DNA from: Atractiella rhizophila
Taxonomy: Eukaryota
Reading direction: 5' to 3'
Length of the DNA stretch: 45,138 nucleotides
NCBI GenBank assembly: GCA_021432655.1
Contig: MU271285.1
Location: 62,001 to 107,138 of the forward strand
Shown here: one piece after another, positions 38,962 to 45,138 of the stretch
How the letters are laid out: every line of letters begins with the position of its first letter
Position numbering within the stretch: the stretch's first letter is position 1
Notes under the pieces: generated by a model
The model's database searches: none
The model's input: only the letters and a program-made list of their open reading frames with translations
What the model was told of the DNA's origin: nothing
Translations under genes and position numbers: made by a program

Positions 38962-39835
38962 GGTCCTTAACATTGAATCATTATCCCAAAAAATCTACTA
39001 CTACAGACCGTCCTGGTCCACCTGTCCTCCTTTTGATGAAGCAAAACTGCTTCGGTCCTCGTCGGTAAGGTCCAACGAGGGAGGGGCAGCCTGCAAAGGG
39101 ACAAGGGCAGAGAAGACAGAAAGGGAAGAACGTGAATTGAGATTGGTTTCTTCGATTCGGTGTCTTTCAAACCCACATAGAAGAAAGGCATGGAAGTGGA
39201 AGACACGGTAGCATCTCTGCTCTCCTATGTGGTTGAAACAAGTTGAAATAGCTAGACTGCCGATCGAGGATCCCGAGCTGAGATACACGGGTGCTAACTC
39301 ATGATTGTGAGCTGTCGAACATCTTGGATATTCAAAATTCAATGTTCGAATATTTGATGCTGGCTTTCATGCGACGGCGTTCAAACATGTCATCCAAGAG
39401 AATATTAGCTCACACTCCCTACCTTCATCAGGGGTATCGGTGATGACTGCTTTCGATCTTGCTCCTGCAAGATCTTCACAAGCCTGAAGCAGTTGATGGT
39501 TGTACCCAGCATTGTACTCGAGTTCCTGATCTCCCAGAGATCGAGTGTGAGGGACAAAAAGTGCAGCTAACCTAAACCCCCGACAGCTGTCCGCCCACTC
39601 ACGTGATGGCGACCATCAATTTTGCGAAAGAGGAGCAGCAGCGAGAAGCGGAGGTCCGCGCGAGTTGGGCAGCAAAAAGGAGGATAGATTTCTCGTACTG
39701 TTATTACAGTAGCTATCTCTCCATGTCGCACGAAGGGAAACCGCTGATCAAAACTGTGACAGAACTCCTTCGTTCGGTGGATTCAAGTCTTGCCATCGAT
39801 TCGGGGACGGTTTCTATCGATCCAGTAATTTCACC

Positions 39836-41352
39836 ATGTCCCGCGTTACCATAGAGCCCCCATCACTCTGCGCTATCCGTATACCTAACGGCCAGACGTT
39901 GAGAGAAGCAAAGCGCGTGGAGATCATTGATCAGCTTGAAGTTTGTCATATTCCTCCTCTCGCTTCTCGCCACAGCCTTGCTCACAGATATTTCTTCGTA
40001 GCTCCCGCATGCTGAGAATTGGATCTCCGTATCCACAGTAGAGGAAGCGTTTGATGCCATCAAATCCATGAAAGTGTGTTCCCATTCAATGAAGAAGATC
40101 CAACGCTTAAGGCAGCCAGATTCGAGGGGCACCCGCTATTGCTTCTCTGGTGCGATTATTGCTTTTCGGTTAACACTTTAGACCTCATGATGACCGCAGG
40201 CAGCGCTCTCGATCGCCTGTGCTCTCCTCTCGTTGCCTTCCTCAGCCCCAGAAACATCGTCGGTCTCCTCATTCCAAAATTACATCTCCAATGTGTCGAG
40301 TTACCTTCTCGCCTCTCGCCCAACCGCTGTAAACCTACAGGAAGCTCTGTCTCGGATAGCTGCTGTTTCAACGGCCGAGAAGAGCGTTTCGGAGCTAGTA
40401 GAGGATGTGATAGAAGTTTGCATCACTGTTTGGGAGGAGGATTTGGAAAGGTGCTGGAAGATGGGTGAAGTGGGGGGAACGTGGCTGTTGGAGAAGTTGG
40501 AGAGCGAAGGGAGGATTGAGAAGGGAGATAAGATTGCAGTTCTCACTGTATGTCTACTATCCTCCGGTTGATTGCACTCTAAGAAAGTCGAAGGTCTGCA
40601 ACACAGGCTCCCTCGCCACCTCCGTACGATTCCTTCAATCTTCAAACTGTCACCAGCTAACATGTTATTGCAGGGATATGGAACAGCATTGGGTTTAATT
40701 ACATATCTACACTCCATTTCTCGCCTCTCGGTCGCTTACTACATGGCAACCTCTCCGTACTATCAAGGCGCCCGTCTAACCTCGATGGAACTTAAATCCC
40801 TTGGGGTACCCAGCATGATGATCTGTGACACAGCAGTTGGCGCCCTTCTGGCGACGAAGCAAGTACACGCATTCGTTGCTGGGGCAGATCGGATAGTGGC
40901 CAATGGAGATACTGCAAATAAAATATCGACCTGCCAGATCGCTGTACCGTTCTTTCTCCCGTCTTTCAAGTCAAATCACTGAACTTCGGTGGATGGTTAA
41001 ACAGAATTTGTGTCAACACCCTCTTCATCCATCCCGCCCAAAGGTGCCAGTCCTAATCTCAGCACCCCTAACAACAGTCGACCTCTCGCTTCCAAGTGGT
41101 GATCATATCAAGATAGAAGACCGTCCTTCAAAGGAAGCAATCACCGTGAGGGGAAAGACAGATATCACCAACGGTTTGGTCACAGTTCAATTTGCGCCAG
41201 ATGGGATCGAAGTTTGGAATCCCGCTTTCGATGTCACGCCTGCGAGGCTGATTGATGCTATTGTAACTGAGGTTGGAGTTGCAGTGAAGAAAGATGGGGA
41301 AGAGCAGTTCGGGTTAAAGGAGTGGGTGGAGGAAAGGAAGAGAGATACTTGA
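39836..41352 (+). CDS. MRI1: Methylthioribose-1-phosphate isomerase (methionine salvage)
   Basis: Spliced EIIDQLE|LPH, AIKSMK|IRGAPAIA, SRPTAVNL, VLT|VCNTGSLATS|GYGTALG, QGARLT, GADRIVANGDTANKI and NPAFDVTPARLIDAIVTE. Confidence 0.96.
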
Positions 41353-41485
41353 TTTCGAGAAGGTAGACAAGAAATCGATAGACAACGATCTAGAACTGTT
41401 TTGTACCAGTCACATCCAATGTAATTATGATGCATTATGTGATCCTAAACTTTTACGAAAACCAAACGCATAGGTAGTCCATTGT

Positions 41486-42615
41486 CTAAAACCGTTGGTC
41501 AGGGACCAAGATTTTTGACTCTTCCGCTTCTTTGGCGAACTCCAAAGGTTCCCATTCCCATGCCCACGCTTCGTAAGCGTACACAAACCCAAAGATCAGA
41601 AAAAGCACAGCTCCTCCCAGTGTGACCTGTTTTACACTAATCTTGCTCGCGATATATTTCCCTGCAATACACGCTAGGGCAGTACAGAAAGAGTGACCAA
41701 TTGTTGTCCCGATCGTAATGAGCCACACGTTCTACAGTAGCTGTCAGCATCTAAGTCCTCAGGGCAAAGCAGGGTCATAACAAACATGGGCAGCTGCCAA
41801 AGCAATAGTAGTGATTTGACTCCGGTCTCCCCATTCGGCAAGGAAAGTAAGGATGAAGCATTTGACGAATAGTGGCGACAGGCAGAGGGAGGCAAGATTT
41901 CTGACTCCATCGGTAAGGGTAGCTATCGTCCCTTTGGGTTGAGGAGTCGGACGGGGTAGAGGAGGGGCTGTGGAAGGAAAGGTGGTCATGAACGGTGAAG
42001 GTGAAGGGGTGATGGGTGGAGATTGGGCTTGACGTAGGGGAGAGGGACGACTGGGTGAGTAAGAGTAGTTACCGGATAGCGGGAGAATTCCTCCTCCCTC
42101 CAAGCTCTCCATCATCATTCCATCTTTCGAATCGTCCGCTACAAGCAGTGCGCATTTAGCGTTTCCCGGGAAGACAAAGTAGAAGACACACCAAGTTCGC
42201 GCTGAACCTCCCTCATTTCTTCCTCCATCTTCTCCTTCCCGTCTTCCTCCTTCATCTCAATCCCCTCCTTCAGCATTCTCGCCCCAAACACCCAAAAAAG
42301 AAGTGCAGCAGCTGCAGTGGTATATCGTCTTGGGAGTATGGAAGGGAGAATGGTGCCCATAAGCGAGGAGAGCAGGGACATAAGCGCAAGTGCGGATATG
42401 GCTGCACCAAACACGAGGAGACGGGGATTGTTCATAGACAGCAACGCTGCAATAAGGAACGTCTTGTCTCCTAACTCGGAAACAACGATTACAGCTTCAT
42501 AAACGAACAGTAAATCACTCGGACACCCAGTTACAAGGGAAAAGGATTTCTCACCGATTGACCTGCCCAATCCAGATAACGGATCCCAATCTATAGAAGA
42601 TAATGCACTATCCAT
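41486..42615 (-). CDS. GDT1: GDT1/TMEM165 (UPF0016) Golgi Ca2+/Mn2+ transporter
   Basis: Two UPF0016 signatures, SELGDKTF and AEWGDRSQ, with an acidic central loop and GHSFCTALAC. ATG at 42615 (MDSALSS). Three introns. Confidence 0.95.
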
Positions 42616-42851
42616 GATGCCCTTCTGATGTCCCAATCCTATCAAGATCCCTCCTCAAGCCTCTTCGTCGTAAAAAGTTCAAGTTGAAGTTGTCGTGACC
42701 GGCACCGCGGAGTAGCGTGACTTTGGACCGCGACGTGACACGTTAACACGTTGAAGGGAATCGCCAAAGCGCACACAAAAGCAGGTCTGAAAGGATCGTC
42801 CTCGCTCATTTCAGGTCCATAGAGGAGTTGTGGGATATACCAAGAGGGAAT
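42616..42851. promoter_or_regulatory. Compact bidirectional promoter between GDT1 and HUT1
   Basis: Only 236 bp separate the divergent ATGs. Three CGTGAC copies (42694, 42716, 42734), two ACCGCG and two ACACGTT. Confidence 0.6.
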
Positions 42852-44295
42852 ATGACATTTGTCAAGCTCGTCACTTGCGTCTCCGGCATTTATGGCAGTT
42901 TTCTGTTGTGGGGGTTGCTGCAGGAGCGAAGTGAGTCTTTCTGCTTTGGGTAGTGAGAATGGGTCCGTCAGAGTGCTTCTTCTCGCGCAAACGCAAGCTC
43001 AAATTGTACTGCCAAAGCTGTACAACAGCGTTCTGTTCTGCAGTCTGAATGTGTCAGCTGCAATAGTCCACAGATAGATCTTTCCTCGACAAGATTATTG
43101 ATCTGGACAGCGAGAGCTGATGCAAACATGGAATGACAGTCTCTACCACCTCCTATGCTCCACCAGGATCACCCCCAGAGTACTTCCGCTCTGTCGTCTT
43201 CCTGAACACTATTCAATCGACATTTTCCTGCATTGCCGCTTTTCTTTATCTATACACCTCTAAATCTTCATCTCTAAACCTTTGGGAGATGGTTGGTCTC
43301 CCTCGACACGGCTTCTCTTTATCCAACAAGACCACATACACAACCGATGGTCGACCCCAGACTTATTGGTACCAGCGATACCCCTTCAGCCTCCTCGTCG
43401 AAATTGTCAAAGTGTCCATCCTCCAGTCCATCGCTCCTCTTTTCGGATTCGCTAGTCTCAGGTTTATTTCTTTCCCGACGATGATTCTCGGGAAGAGCTG
43501 TAAACTTGTCCCCGTCATGCTCATGAACATCCTTCTCTATCGACGAAAGTTCGCGGTGCACAAATACGCCGTTGTCGCCATCGTCACTGCAGGGATCACG
43601 CTTTTCATGCTACTAGGGGACGAGCACGGAACAGGAGATGGAGGGAAAAAACGGAAAGGGGCCGAATCTTCGTCTCTGTTGGGAATCTCCCTTCTAATCA
43701 TCAACCTCATCCTCGACGGTTCTGTGAACTCGACCCAGGATGAAATCTTCAAGAAGTTTTCAAATATCAACGGGACCCAAATGATGTTCTGGATGAATGC
43801 CTTTGCGACCATAGTGACTTCCCTGTCTCTGTTCATACCATTCCCCTCGATACCCATTCTCTCCAGCCCAGGAGCGAGCAATTCAAATCAGTTTCGAACA
43901 GCACTCGAATTCATCCACAATCATCCTCATGTATTATCGGACCTACTCCTTTTTTCACTTTTTGGAGCTTTGGGGCAGATTTTTATCTTCCTTACTCTAG
44001 CAAACTTCGGCTCTCTCGTTCTAGGTAAGTACGATCTTTTCTAATTCAGCCCCTGTTCTGATGCCTTTTACTTCTAGTCACTATCACAGTGACGAGAAAA
44101 CTCTTTACGATGCTGCTCAGCGTTTTCGTCTACGGCCACGCATTGAACCTAGGGCAATGGCTGGGGGTAGCATGCGTTTTTGCGGGAATAGGTATTGAAG
44201 CGTTTGTACAAGGAGGTAAGAAGAACAAGAAGGGCGAAACTCGTGCGGATAGAGTAGTACATGACAAGGAAAAAGCAAAGCTCAAGGATGTTTAG
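42852..44295 (+). CDS. HUT1: UAA-family (SLC35B1/Hut1) ER nucleotide-sugar/nucleotide transporter
   Basis: First exon [26 protein letters not shown], missed by the ORF track. Motifs [34 protein letters not shown] and [14 protein letters not shown]-terminal KLKDV fits a KxKxx ER-retrieval signal. Introns 42931-43139 and 44025-44077. Confidence 0.94.
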
Positions 44296-44422
44296 AGTTA
44301 CATTTTATACATTGTGCGATTTCATTTGATCCTTGTATAGTATCCAACGCTAACTACAATCAGAAGACATCGATACACACATACGTCGCATTGTAATATA
44401 TACCTTGACGAACAGTCAATCA

Positions 44423-45130
44423 TCAAGCTTTCGCGACCCAGCTCAGCATGGCCATATCATTCATGTTCGGTTCTCCATCCTCCTTAGCTGGCGCCTGAGC
44501 AAACCTCGTGTCATCAACCTTTGCTTGGAGAAACCTTGCTTTGACCATTTCCGTCTCCAGGTCGATCGGATTGAAGAGATACCTCCCACTGCCGCCCGTC
44601 TCCACCCTTTCCCAGGGCCCTGACTTCCCCTCCCTACTTCGCCCTCCTCCACACCCTACAAAGATCCCACTGTTCGGTTTGAGTAGTTTCTGGACGTTTC
44701 GAAGAAAACCGAGCGTTTGAGATTTGGAGAAGACGTGGACCATTGCCATGCTAATCACGATGTCATATGTTCCATACCTTCCTTCAAGTTCAGGTACACT
44801 TTCAGCGGTTATGTCGCAAAAAAACGCCTCTTTCACCTTCTGGTTCGCTCCCACCAACGTAGTTTCATCTCCAAAGAGACGTCGACCAAGCTCAAAGTAA
44901 CCTGACTCGTAATCCGTGACATCAACAATTGGACGAGGAACGTCCGCGGGCAGCGAATCGATATGTTTCAAAAGATAGCGCAGGTCTTGACCAAAGCAAG
45001 TGCCACACTCGAGAATTCTTAGAGGAGCTTCAGAGTCCTCGATTGCGCTTAAGAGCAACTCCCACCATTCTTGTTTCTGGATGGAAGGTTGGAGGAAGCG
45101 CAATTGAGCGATACAACAATAGACGTGGAG
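44423..45130 (-). CDS. Class I SAM-dependent methyltransferase, AusD-like fungal family; 5' end outside the window
   Basis: Exon starts after ACAG with LHVYCCIAQLRF (YPCI-like). Motif I ILECGTCFGQDLRYL, then FFCDI, YDIVISMAMVHVF and LLKPNSGIFVG. Confidence 0.85.
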   Translation of the reverse strand, partial: LHVYCCIAQLRFLQPSIQKQEWWELLLSAIEDSEAPLRILECGTCFGQDLRYLLKHIDSLPADVPRPIVDVTDYESGYFELGRRLFGDETTLVGANQKVKEAFFCDITAESVPELEGRYGTYDIVISMAMVHVFSKSQTLGFLRNVQKLLKPNSGIFVGCGGGRSREGKSGPWERVETGGSGRYLFNPIDLETEMVKARFLQAKVDDTRFAQAPAKEDGEPNMNDMAMLSWVAKA

Positions 45131-45138
45131 CTGTGTGA

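Noticed and set aside
34990..39800. Homeobox gene as a mating-type HD1/HD2 locus
   Set aside because: No divergent HD1 partner is recognisable in the 2.7-kb upstream region, and the architecture fits a non-MAT homeodomain factor.
5846..42554. Several 3n, stop-free introns read through by the ORF track (5846-5899, 6803-6850, 7031-7081, 14683-14733, 24354-24434, 31450-31497, 42495-42554)
   Set aside because: With roughly 80-90 short introns in the window, about this many are expected by chance. They are annotation traps, not evidence of anything unusual.
39836..45138. MRI1 plus methyltransferase as a SAM/secondary-metabolite cluster
   Set aside because: They are separated by housekeeping GDT1 and HUT1, there is no backbone synthase in the window, and methyltransferases yield SAH rather than MTA.
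103..45138. Many antisense or overlapping ORFs in the track; tRNA, CRISPR and transposon signals
   Set aside because: The ORFs are shadows of real low-complexity coding exons. I found no cloverleaf, spaced-repeat array, transposase or RT motifs, or terminal repeats.

Overview
This is intron-rich fungal nuclear DNA, almost certainly basidiomycete, judged from GT-AG introns of mostly about 45-60 nt with CTRAY-like branch points and basidiomycete-type motif variants. The ORF track fragments nearly every gene, so I rebuilt gene models by hand from splice signals and conserved motifs. Fourteen protein genes, left to right: an RS/RGG low-complexity protein (-, runs off the left edge), PEX10 (+), APC2 (+), a fungal phytochrome hybrid histidine kinase (+), a PP2C phosphatase (+), a Vba-like vacuolar MFS transporter (+, about 18 introns), a MATH-like/BTB adaptor (-), a DH-PH RhoGEF (-), Wee1 kinase (-), a homeodomain transcription factor with four RRxS sites (-), MRI1 (+), GDT1 (-), HUT1 (+) and an AusD-like SAM methyltransferase (-, runs off the right edge). 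I saw no tRNA, rRNA, CRISPR array or transposon, and I cannot support a clearly new multi-gene system. The best leads are non-coding or splicing-level: a dense CATTC/GAATG (TEA-type) motif cluster upstream of the RhoGEF, four oversized 5'-proximal introns with internal structure, a 5-nt micro-exon, a GC-AG intron, a possible frameshift in PEX10, an unannotated spliced small ORF, and a compact GDT1/HUT1 bidirectional promoter. All product calls come from recalled family motifs, not database searches.
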